This document shows positions 10,701 to 20,000 of a stretch of 20,000 nucleotides of DNA, one piece after another. Source of the DNA: Folioceros fuciformis (lineage: Eukaryota); assembly GCA_049999805.1 (NCBI GenBank), contig JBNGIO010006303.1, positions 435,047 to 455,046 on the forward strand, in the 5' to 3' direction. Made by a program: the position numbers and the translations under genes. Each line of letters begins with the position of its first letter. Position 1 is the first letter of the stretch. Under the pieces are notes generated by a model that had not been told where the DNA came from, did no database searches, and worked only from the letters and a program-made list of their open reading frames with translations.

Positions 10701-13700
10701 AGGCGTGGAATTTGGGCCCCTGCCTGCATGTGCTGGCATGAGATATGTGTCAACCCATCTCCCAAAGAACCATATGAGAGCCTGCAGAAAATGAACCACA
10801 GTGGTGAAAATCCAATTCTACCAACTCCGATTCATGTTTTTCCCTGCTCATATCCACATTGCCTAGGAGGCAGACGTCAAATTTGTGGGGGAGTGGTGCT
10901 GACCTCCATTAGACGAGGACTGAAAACTTGAGCTCGTACATTTGCATCCAGGCTCTGGCGAGCTAGTTCAATCACAGAGCTGAGAACCACCAATTGGACA
11001 GAATGTTAGATTATGCTAGTAGTGGAAGAGAGCCAGCAAGAGACCTTGTCACTTACTGGGAAAGAAGTATGGCAGGGTGCGTCGTTGGATCATCCCCACT
11101 TGCGTAAAGAGCCGAGATTGATTCAGGAACCTGCAAGGTTGTCACCAATCAGGCATGGCATTGGCCTAGGAAGAATAACATTGCACGAAAGTTCAGGTTT
11201 CAGAATCACTCTACTCACAAAAGGCGTCTCTCCGTCGCCAGCATCCGCTAGCACATGACCAGACATCAGTAACAGCCAGTGGAGCTCCTCCAGTATTGAT
11301 ACAGGATCCGCCATTCCTCCAACGCACTGAAGAGATCAACCACTATCACAATCAATTCCCCTAGATTCATATAGATATGTTCCAGCCCGACAAGAGTGAG
11401 TACCTGAAGCAGCCAAGAGCATCGTTCTGAGATAAGCATAGCCAACAGGGGTACTGTTGCAGCGGGAGCAGCTCGGGCAACTAGAGCAATGGTGCTAAGT
11501 CTTTCATCCCGTGCTGCAGACAGAGCCCATAAACTTTCCTCAGTGCGCATGATGGCTCGCTAAATCGTGCAGCCTAGCTAGTTGTGATTGTGAAACCAAT
11601 AGCCAGATAAATGTGCAAATGTACTGTCGAACATTACCAGCTATAACAGCATGCAATTGTTCATTCTCGTCATCTTCTTCATGCACAGAGGCAACAGCCA
11701 CTGCATGTGCCACATGAGCTTATGTTGTCAATCTTCTTAAACGGAACAGACAACAAAGAAACAAAAATGCACTTACACCAAAGCCTGGGCGACTCAATTG
11801 GGACATACCTCTCAGTTCTGTCTCCACGTATGTTCGAAAAACTGCTGCTGCTGCTTCTATTCCAGTAGCAGGGAAAGGGTTTCTTCTACTCAGATCTACA
11901 GGCTGACAGAAACACGCCCAATAAAACACAGACATGCTATGAATAGGCTTGTTCAGCTTAGAAAATTTCTCACAGACTATGACCTTGGTCAGCCACGTTT
12001 CACCTACTTGCAAAAGGACAGTCCAAGTATCCAACAAAATATCAAGGGCTTCTTTAGACCAAGTCTCCTCTTTATCTCTCTCGCCAGTTGCTTTGATCAC
12101 TTCACATGTTAATGCAGCTAGGAAGCTCAGCGTTCCTACAGGCCTGTGTGTGGTGTCAGTCAGAACTAACTACGAACTGCTGCAGAACAGAACTACATCT
12201 GCTAAATACGGACCTTGCAACTGGCTTCAAGTGCTGATCAAATGCTGAGGGAGAATTCAAACTTGCTACGGCCAGAAGAGCCCGGCACCCATCTAAAAGC
12301 TCACTGCAGGTAACTCGGATGGATCAGGCATAAAGGGAGTAGAAATCTTCCGTGGCAGGAATGAAATTTCTTTCCACCGGGCAGCTGTGACCAAAAGAGG
12401 ACAGAATCTTACCTCTCACTAATGCCACTTTTCAGAGCCTTGATTACAGACTCTGGGGGATCAAACCAGGAAGTTATCCCAACAAGCATTCGCTGCAAAT
12501 GTAGCTCTTGAGTTACACCTCCTTCTGGAATAACAGCCGAACCAGGTACCCATCAGCTGGTCTACGAGTGTAAATACTTACCTCTTCCATCTTCTCACGT
12601 GTAAGAATAACAACACAGGTGGATGTGCACAATTCACAAGTTACGCACCAGATCCAAAAATATTGCCACTCAATGCACACAACTGCACAATCACTTGCCG
12701 AGCAGAAACAGCGAGAGGGGAATCTATCCACGAAGTTTCCCCCCATTGACCTTGTCTTATCCGTGCATACAGCTCCAAAATCCAACGAACTCTATTTGGC
12801 GAAAGCAATATATCCTGCCAACTTAGTCCTGGCTGAGACAAAGAAGAAAAAATTTCACAGAAAAATACCCACAACGGTCAGAAGTGGATGCCCCAGGAAC
12901 ATCGAGAATGATGCAAGTCAAGAGATGCGCTCGGAAATGAATCACGCTATTAAGAGGTAAATACGATCTACGTTCCCAAGCCAAGGATCTTGTGAGGGTG
13001 GACTATAATCGCAGATAGAGTTGATCCAAAAGTAGGTGAAAACGGAAAAGGCTTACCTGGACTGAAAATCCATGATCCCCAAGACGCCTTCCAGGACTAT
13101 CCCGGCCAATTGATGATGTAAAGGCACTTGCTCTATTCTTTCCTACAACAATGACACCCCCAGCCCCTCGGACTAGGGCTCCCTGAAACTCCCAGTTCAA
13201 AATTTGGGACATGAGATGAAGAGCTGCAGCACAGACAGTGACATCCATTGCACTTCCCGAGCCATGAATTGTTTTGTCTGCTGCTGTCACAGCAGCATCT
13301 TGCGCCCAGGTGTAGAATTGCTGGTAGCAACAAAGTTCTAAGTGTCAGCCAGAGCAGCAAGTGGATAGACAAAAACTCTGCACTCAGCGTTACTTTAACA
13401 CTGAGAAGTGAACCCAACATTCCGACTCAACACCTGGAGATAGTCGAGCTCCAAGGATGCTCGACAATGCTCATGAAATTCAGCTGGAAGCCCCATCGCA
13501 CTCGCAGTAGTAGGTGAAAACTCTGAGACCTGATATGGATTGAGTCAAGGCCATGAGAATATTTCTCCAGAACATACCGAGGACAGGCAAGTTAAGGACA
13601 CCAATAGCATTACCCTATCAGAATCATCCAACAGACAGATGGCCAGACCTACCAGAGACTCAAGGAGTGCAATTCCTGACCGCTGCGCTGGAGCACCATG

Positions 13701-14782
13701 GGCACCAAGGACAGCCTGCCTAACCTGCAAACCATTTAAGTGAGCATCCTCCCTGTGGGAGACGTGCAGCAAGCCGTTGAATTGTAACGTGTAACGTAGG
13801 AACAAGCGCTTTTAACCAAACCTCATTGAAGAAGGCATCCATTTCTGAAGGACTGGAATCCAACCTGCAGGTAACAGAAACCGCACATCAAGTACAACAG
13901 CACATACATTTCAATGCCAGGAAGACCTGCTTCTCTTATACTGACCAGCTTCGTTTGAGTAAGACTGCAGCCACTGCCAGAACCTTTGCCTGCACATAAC
14001 CTTCCGATGCTTCTGCCCGTGCCATCACATAACGTAGACAATACCTAATGCATGTTCAAAATGGCCGAATATCATAATCGCCATGCCCACAACGACGCAA
14101 GATTGCCATGCACAGGCTAAGTTCAAATGTAAGAAAATCAGAGTTCCGCCAGTATTGGGAATATAGCACAGTATCTCTCAAAAACAAAAGAAAAAAAATC
14201 TCCTACACCGACGACAACATGGAAGTCCATACGTGCGCAAACTCTCTCTCTCGGTTGCTGACAGGAGACTCCATTCCCGAATCGCTGCCTCTTGCATTGT
14301 TGCTGCAGCTTGGAACCTCGCTGTGGCCATCTGGGAATGTTCTGTGCACAATCAAAGGACCCCCCGAAGGACGCTTAATAAGGTCTTCTGCCAATTAGGA
14401 CATGCCCTGAAGACATGGCCTCAAGACTGAAAAAGACCCGACCAACTCTGAAACGAAAATCATGTGGTGAATCCGACAATCTTCACAACAACTTACCGAG
14501 TATGTACTGGCAAGCTTGGATCGGTTGGGACGATCTCCGAAAAGCCAAAAGCGTTGCTTCTGCAGCTGCTCGAGTGCTGGGAGCCTGCACAAACAGATAA
14601 AGGCCATCGTCTCAAACAGAAGGCAAGCGGAGCAGCGACCCAACCATGAGCAAGAGCTGGGAAGAGAGATATACCAGAAGCGCTGCGCAAGCTTGTTCAA
14701 CTGCCTGCATGGTTCCCACATAGCGCTCTCTGTCACTGGCATTCGCCAGCTGGGCCTGCCACCCAGGTTGCTCCATACCCAT
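7771..14782 (-). CDS. XPO4: Exportin-4 (importin-beta/karyopherin family nuclear export receptor), 32 exons, 1192 aa
   Basis: Exons (minus strand): 14782-14675, 14584-14497, 14341-14233, 14044-13946, 13864-13822, 13724-13653, 13529-13434, 13320-13057, 12832-12649, 12524-12413, 12303-12214, 12143-12008, 11902-11809, 11700-11638, 11513-11404, 11326-11219, 11130-11057, 10979-10904, 10781-10527, 10387-10316, 10211-10137, 10037-9973, 9878-9776, 9652-9521, 9436-9293, 9112-9005, 8895-8845, 8746-8669, 8575-8462, 8387-8191, 8108-8039, 7959-7771. All introns are GT-AG; the total is 3579 nt in one frame. The peptides match plant exportin-4 throughout: TMQAVEQAC, ARFQAAATMQEAAIREW, LESLVSEFSPTTASAMGLPAEFHEHCR, HVLADAGDGETP, FSPRLMEALIWF, KYKDLRALLQLL, LLKYPKLC, and C-terminal FRENLYLFLSDVRGFLRTR*. 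The start could also be the ATG at 14776. Confidence 0.95.
9719..9763. repeat. Intronic direct duplication, 21 bp perfect unit at a 24 bp period
   Basis: acaggttaagggccttcagga at 9719-9739 and again at 9743-9763, inside the XPO4 intron 9775-9653. Confidence 0.9.
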
Positions 14783-15254
14783 AACTGAGTCGATAGCTGA
14801 CAAAGGAGCACCCGCCTCCAGAACCGAGTCCCGCTTGCAGAAACTGCTCAAATTGGTGTGGGAATGCGGGAAAGATGCGAGGGCGTCCCACTGTAGATGG
14901 GTTCATGCAATGGTAGCTCAAGTAAAGCCTGCTTCCTCCTCTTTGCCCTCCATGCACATCTGCGCATTGTGTCTTGCACTTCCGAGGCAGCAGCACACTC
15001 TAGTGCCCCAAGCTCGTGAACGGTGCGGAAGCCGAAACCCAGCCCGCACAGCTGGGCCGCTACCCGCGGCGAGAAAGCAATATTTCCGAGTTTGCGTGTC
15101 TGTGACCGTGTTTGTATCCCAGCAGAAGTTCGAGCTTGCCGGCCTTGGAGGCAACCGGATCACGGAGCTACAGCTCTTATAGCCCAGCTCCTACCGTCTT
15201 GAGCGTGAAACTGCACATGTACTGTTTTACTACTGTGGCTGGGTCGTAAACACC
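14783..15254. promoter_or_regulatory. Shared bidirectional promoter/5' UTR region of XPO4 and the FtsJ-like gene
   Basis: Only 472 bp separate the divergent start codons. The region is GC/CpG-richer than the introns and has site-II-like motifs TGGGCC (15053-15058) and AGCCCA (=TGGGCT, 15181-15186). No clear TATA box. Confidence 0.65.
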
Positions 15255-16439
15255 ATGAGCGCTGATTTCTTTTACAAGGAAGCGCAGCGGCTCAAGTATG
15301 TTGCACGATCTGCCTTCAAGGTGGGCATACCCTTTTTCTTCTTGCTCTTACCCGGATTTTGTGCTGGCTACCGAGATGAATTTGTATGGACTCTAAGAGC
15401 GTGTAGGTGCAAGGCAGCTCCTCGAAATTCAGAAGAAGCATGCTCTAATTCGGCCGGGCGAACCGGTGCTCGACCTTGGCTGCGCCCCGGGCGCGTGGCT
15501 GCAGGTATCGACACTGCCCTGCCCACATGCATACCAGCTGGGCTGCAGCAAAGCTTGTCGTACGACCCTTGTGAGATAGATATAATATGGCTGGTAACTT
15601 TTGTTGCTGCCAGGTAGCCTGCCAAAGTCTGGGCGCCAGCAAATGCGGTGGAGCTGTAATCGGAGTGGATTTGAAGGTGACAGTCCTACGTTGCTGCTTC
15701 TCTGGTGTCTTGATCCAGAATTTTTGCTGTTGTGCATCCATGGCGCTACATGTGCTCTTTGCAGAGCAGAAGGTGAAGCTACCTTTGGAGTACTGCGATC
15801 ACCGAGTCCGCAGCTTATGTGCAGATGTCATGACCCTTGCCCCACAAGTGCTAGCAGATTTGTGTGAATCGGTCAGTTGGAGATGCACGTGCAAAATTCT
15901 GCAAGTAGTAGACAAAGCAAGGGTTTATGGGGTTTAAGCTTGACCGGATCCTGTCGAATCATGATGCAGGAAGATGGCTTCTCCGTGATTCTGTCCGATT
16001 TGTGCCCGGCAGTTTCAGGCATCGGCAGCAGAGACGGTGCACTTTCCGGGGAGCTTGGCATGCGGGCTCTTGAGCTTGCCCTGGGATCCACCTTTTCTTC
16101 GTCAAGGCATGCCATTTCGGAGTCGGAGTCGGATCTAGACCTAAAATGTTCAGGCTCATCAGACAACGAAAGCAAGGGACTTCTGAGAGTAGGGGGAAGT
16201 GTTGTAATCAAGCTGCTTGAAGGTGAAGAAAGCCAAAGTAAGGTGCTTTGGGCGAAGCTATTTGCTGTTTTGCCGGAAGTTTCAAGTCGTGTAGTTCCTG
16301 ACCCGTGCTTCTGGCAGGGTTCCCACAGATCTGCAAGGGGCATTTCCGGACGCTGTTGTGGTACAGACCGAAAGCAACAAGGCCAACTTCTCGAGAGATA
16401 TACTTGATTGCCAAGAAACGTATTCATCCCGGAGGATAA
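15255..16439 (+). CDS. rlmE: FtsJ/RrmJ (RlmE/MRM2-like) SAM-dependent RNA 2'-O-methyltransferase, 6 exons, 235 aa
   Basis: Exons 15255-15320, 15418-15504, 15614-15676, 15770-15871, 15970-16237, 16318-16439 (708 nt). Translation: [82 protein letters not shown]. The SAM-binding DLGCAPGAW motif and the K-D-K-E catalytic tetrad (SAFK, ILSD, VIK, SRE) are intact. The symbol denotes the family, not proven orthology. Confidence 0.93.
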
Positions 16440-17090
16440 TCTCCTCAGGACGAATATTGATCCTGCGTGACGGGGGCTGTTCACTCCTCGTGTTCAGACC
16501 GTTGTCTTGCTGTTCTGTAGCCATCTACGTTTGCATGGTGATTTTTGGACGCAGCTTACTTTCAAGACCCATAAGTAACATGCGTCTCCGTAGTGCATTT
16601 TAGGAGACACCAGCACGTATTTCCGGATCTGGCGACCCGAACGACAGAGTGATGTCGGGGGATCAGGGGCCGCGTACGGCACAGTTTCCGACGACAAGGC
16701 CGTTACAAAACAAATATATAGTCTGAAGATGGCGAGCATCGTGTGTCGGTTCCAAGCCATGAGGAGGGTCCATGAGTTCAAACGCATGATGTGGAGATCG
16801 TTCTCGGGGCATATCAGACCAATTCCCATGCCGGCATCCGAAGTCGAACGAGAGAGCTTGTTCCTCGATGCTCAATTAAAAAGTGATTAACGTTTTGGAT
16901 GCACAAGGCGAGTTCAGCGTGCCAATCACACTAATTCAACTATTGAATGGCAAGTACAAACGATAACGAAGGTCCCCAGGGGACATGGATGGGAGGACGT
17001 GCATGGAACAGCCTCCCTCCACAGAATTCGGTTGATGAAAACAATGTACCTATGTACTAAGATGCAACACCTACAAAGAATTGAAGCATG

Positions 17091-18717
17091 TTATTGACCA
17101 GGAGCACTTTTCAGAACGACGGTGGAATAGTTTTTATTGGGATCCTCCCTCTCCAAACTTGATGTAACGTCTACAGACTGACTTTTAAGCATAACTTGCA
17201 CTTTCGGAGCTCCCATTGCGGCTGCTGTCATCTCCTGCAAAACTCACCATGTCAATAACCATGACGCACAACCAAGAGCACGCAGGCACAGAAGATGGAA
17301 ACATTGGACCCAAAGACAATACCTGGAGTGTTCTATCAGCGTATTCACTATAATTTGAAATATGATGGTCGCTCGTGACAGTGCGAGAGACCACAAGCCT
17401 TTCAAACCGCCCTTCCACAGGGATAGCGGTCTGCACGCGGGCAGGCCTTCGAAAGCTGCAGCAGCTGAGACAGTTACCATGCCACCGGGGATGAGAAAGA
17501 GATAAAAAAATACGGAGCCCTAGCAGCACGCGTTCACGCTTCAGCACTGTGCAGAGGGGCCTGCAGTTGGCACGGTTACCAGCAGCAAGGATCCTTGTAA
17601 GTGATGTGGAAGAGCCGTCCTGGAGGATACAGTCGTCTAGGATCTTCAAGCATGGACTCCTCAGAGACAAAAGTGTCCACTACGCACCTCCAGCAGAAAA
17701 CGGCAGACGTGCTGTCACACAAGGGGAGCAAGGATGACAGTGTGAGAAAAGCTACAACGTCATCCTCGGCCACGCCTACTTGCGCACACTGTCAGACAGA
17801 CTTACAAGACGAGCGAGGAGAGCAAAACGATCTTCACAATCGGAGTGGATGTCCGCGGAAGAAAATCATCCTGCATGAAGCAAAAGGAGAGCGAAAAATG
17901 AGAAGCACAATCCCCGAGCAGCAGTATGAACAGCACAAGAGCACACTCAAGTTGCCAACACCAGTTAAGACTTACTTGAGACGGCGGAGATCACCTGCAA
18001 AACAACGCTGTTGATGACATCCGCGTACCGGATGGCCAGGTTGAGGGACATGGATCTGGCCGGGGCTATGCTGTAACAGTGCACCTGCTCTCTCCGCAGG
18101 CCGCCGACCATGTCGAGGTGGTTCACCAGCAGGAGCGCAAAGAGGGAGGCCACCCCCGCTCCCAGAGAGTGCCCTACCACCGTGAGGGCAAACTCCGGAT
18201 GCGCCTGCAACGCCTTCCGGAGCTCATCTGTCTCGTTCTCCAGCAACCAATTGGCCGCCGTGAGCAGGCCGCGGTGCACGTATCCCCCGTCGAACGGCTG
18301 GCTGCCCTTGGAGGTGTCCGCCAGGGTTTTGTAGTTGACGCGGTCCGCAAGATTGAGCCCCCGAATGCAGAGCACCACCTCACGGCGATCCTCGTCCACG
18401 ATGATGTAGTGCGGGGGACAAGTGCCGCGGGTCTCGCTCACCAGCTTCACCACCATCTCCGGCTTCACATACTGCGTGCACTCCGGGATAGCCTGCAACT
18501 CCTTGCAGTAGCTCCCCCGCACCACGGCGCAGTAGTGCCGGATCTCCTGCGCGTCCCGGTGCGGCGCTATAGGCCAAGTCTCAGAGTCGACGGACCCGTG
18601 CCGACGCAGCCGGCGCCAGAGCCATCGGCCGCACCCGCAGGCCCAACAGCCCGCGGCCACCACCTCTGCATTGCTCCAGCACAGATAGGGCAGCAGCAAC
18701 AACACTGGCAGCACCAT
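17091..18717 (-). CDS. Class-3 lipase / alpha-beta hydrolase (plant mono-/diacylglycerol lipase-like, 'calmodulin-binding heat-shock protein' family), 5 exons, about 398 aa
   Basis: Exons 18717-17995, 17870-17806, 17711-17580, 17455-17323, 17234-17091 (1197 nt). Motifs: IRGLNL, FDGGYVHRGL, nucleophile elbow VVGHSLGAG, IAPARSMSLNLAIRYADVINSVVLQ|DDFLPRT, DPRRLYPPGR, TAIPVEGRFE..SDH, giving a Ser/Asp/His triad. The last exon and the exact start are less certain. Confidence 0.9.
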
Positions 18718-19437
18718 CCTCCCGCAGCCTGTCACCTGCAATTCATCGCTTCATCCCTCAATTCCACCACTCACACCTCGCCTCCACGCAGCTCGATCTG
18801 TATCTACCGGTACAGTACCACTTCCACCACTACCACTCCTGGACTCGTTAGCCGCTTCTTTTGCGGATCTGGCGTTGTGCCAGGGAAGAAGCTCCAGTTT
18901 GGGACGGTACTTGACACGCGTTTCAAGTCTTGGAACGCTCTTCACAAGATAACTGGACAACGTCGCGAATGAAAAATAAAAAAGCTAGTTCAATAGAAGC
19001 TATCAAACTACCTCACATCATTGCTCTATAAATAGATAGAGCGAAATGTTGGCTAATGCCATATATAAAGACATATATAAGAATATGATTCGGGCACTTC
19101 TTGGATATTGATGTTTTTTTTCTAATATATTTATTTTATACGAGAATATATAGTCAGATCCCTCTAATTGGGAACAATTGGGAGTAGCAAAAATCGTCTC
19201 ATTTAAAGGGTTCCGTTTAGGTATTTTCTTTTTTTTTGAAAATAAAAATATTTAAAAATAAAAAAACCTTTTAAATCAAAAATTCAAAAGAGCTTAAAAG
19301 CTTTCAAAAAAATCCAAAATACTCCCTCATACTACATAGCTGCCAACCTAATTTTAGTTTGCCGGGTTAAAATAATCATCAATCCTTGATTGATGCTAAG
19401 TTACTTTCATCCAATGACTAGCAATATGTTTTTTCAA

Positions 19438-19752
19438 TTAAGAATGCAACTTCAAAGTATCAAGAGTGTTACATGGCATCTCTTCCAAAAACATCTTCGC
19501 TATCCTCATAGCATTATCTACAACATCCTTTGTCGTATACAGTCTTGGCGCTATGGTCTCTGTTAATGCTATATCATTCTCCTCACCCTCCTCATTGATA
19601 GGCAGAGGGATTAATGCTTGCCATATTTCGTCCTCTATAGGAATATAGGTAGTCTTCAATCCTTCATCCTCCTCAAACTTTAGATACTCTTTAGCTGTCA
19701 TCGTTGGATTTCCAACATCAGCAATTCCTGTTATATCCTCAAATGTGTATGG
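19438..19752 (-). mobile_element. Degenerate fragment resembling the acidic C-terminal tail of a pogo/Tigger/CENP-B-like transposase
   Basis: Open frame ..GNPTMTAKEYLKFEEDEG..IEDEIW..NEEGEEND..DNAMRIAKMFLEE resembles the 'xxEYxxxD/E..EI..acidic..A...L..FL' tail of CENP-B-like transposases. It lies in AT-rich DNA with no splice context. Recognition is by pattern only. Confidence 0.4.
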
Positions 19753-20000
19753 TTATTAAAGCCCAATGTGCTTAGACTAATGTGTTTAGTCTAAGATTAG
19801 TGTCTAATTAAGTATCATTAGTTTAGATTAGCTTAAGCTAATCTGTAGGAAGCTTCTTGCACAGCTTCCTGTGCGCTTCTTGTAAGGCTTCCTAGGGAGC
19901 TCTTCTAGAGGGTATAAATACCCCCTTGAGCTCCCTTGCTATAGAGAGACTCTATTGTGAGAGTGTGACCTCTCTTTTCTCCTCTCCTCCTTGCCTCCTT
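19744..20000 (+). mobile_element. Probable 5' part of a retrotransposon LTR (runs off the window)
   Basis: Begins near TGTGT (19744), then short inverted repeats, GCTTC(C/T)T repeats, a TATA box TATAAATA (19913-19920) inside an inverted repeat, and a CT-rich R/leader-like tract. This is the usual U3-TATA-R layout of plant LTRs. The 3' CA end, PBS and TSD are not visible. Confidence 0.5.

Noticed and set aside
15255..15320. Lack of an organellar transit peptide on an RlmE/MRM2-like enzyme
   Set aside because: As I recall, plant homologues also start immediately before the DFFY-EAQRL motif, so this is not peculiar to this locus.
18079..18972. 297-aa plus-strand ORF
   Set aside because: Antisense shadow of the GC-rich lipase exon 1, with no recognisable motifs.

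Overview
Gene-dense, intron-rich eukaryotic DNA from a plant. The compact 70-250 nt GT-AG introns and the divergence of the proteins from angiosperm homologues suggest a non-seed plant such as a hornwort or other bryophyte (inference). I reconstructed four spliced protein-coding genes by hand. (1) On +, the 3' part of an RNA-binding protein with an FCA-type WW domain, a Q/P-rich linker and a C-terminal CELF/Bruno RRM3-type domain (2629-5340). (2) On -, a complete 32-exon exportin-4 gene (14782-7771, 1192 aa). (3) On +, head-to-head with XPO4, a 6-exon FtsJ/RlmE-like 2'-O-ribose methyltransferase (15255-16439). (4) On -, a 5-exon class-3 lipase (18717-17091). The last ~850 bp look like a decayed pogo/CENP-B-like transposon fragment interrupted by a hairpin-rich LTR-like sequence. 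The most interesting item is the WW+CELF-RRM3 architecture, together with unusually long UG-rich introns, a candidate poison exon and a possibly spliced 3' UTR, which suggests an autoregulatory RNA-processing circuit. No CRISPR array, tRNA, rRNA or prokaryotic system is visible. All homology statements come from recalled family motifs, not from database searches.
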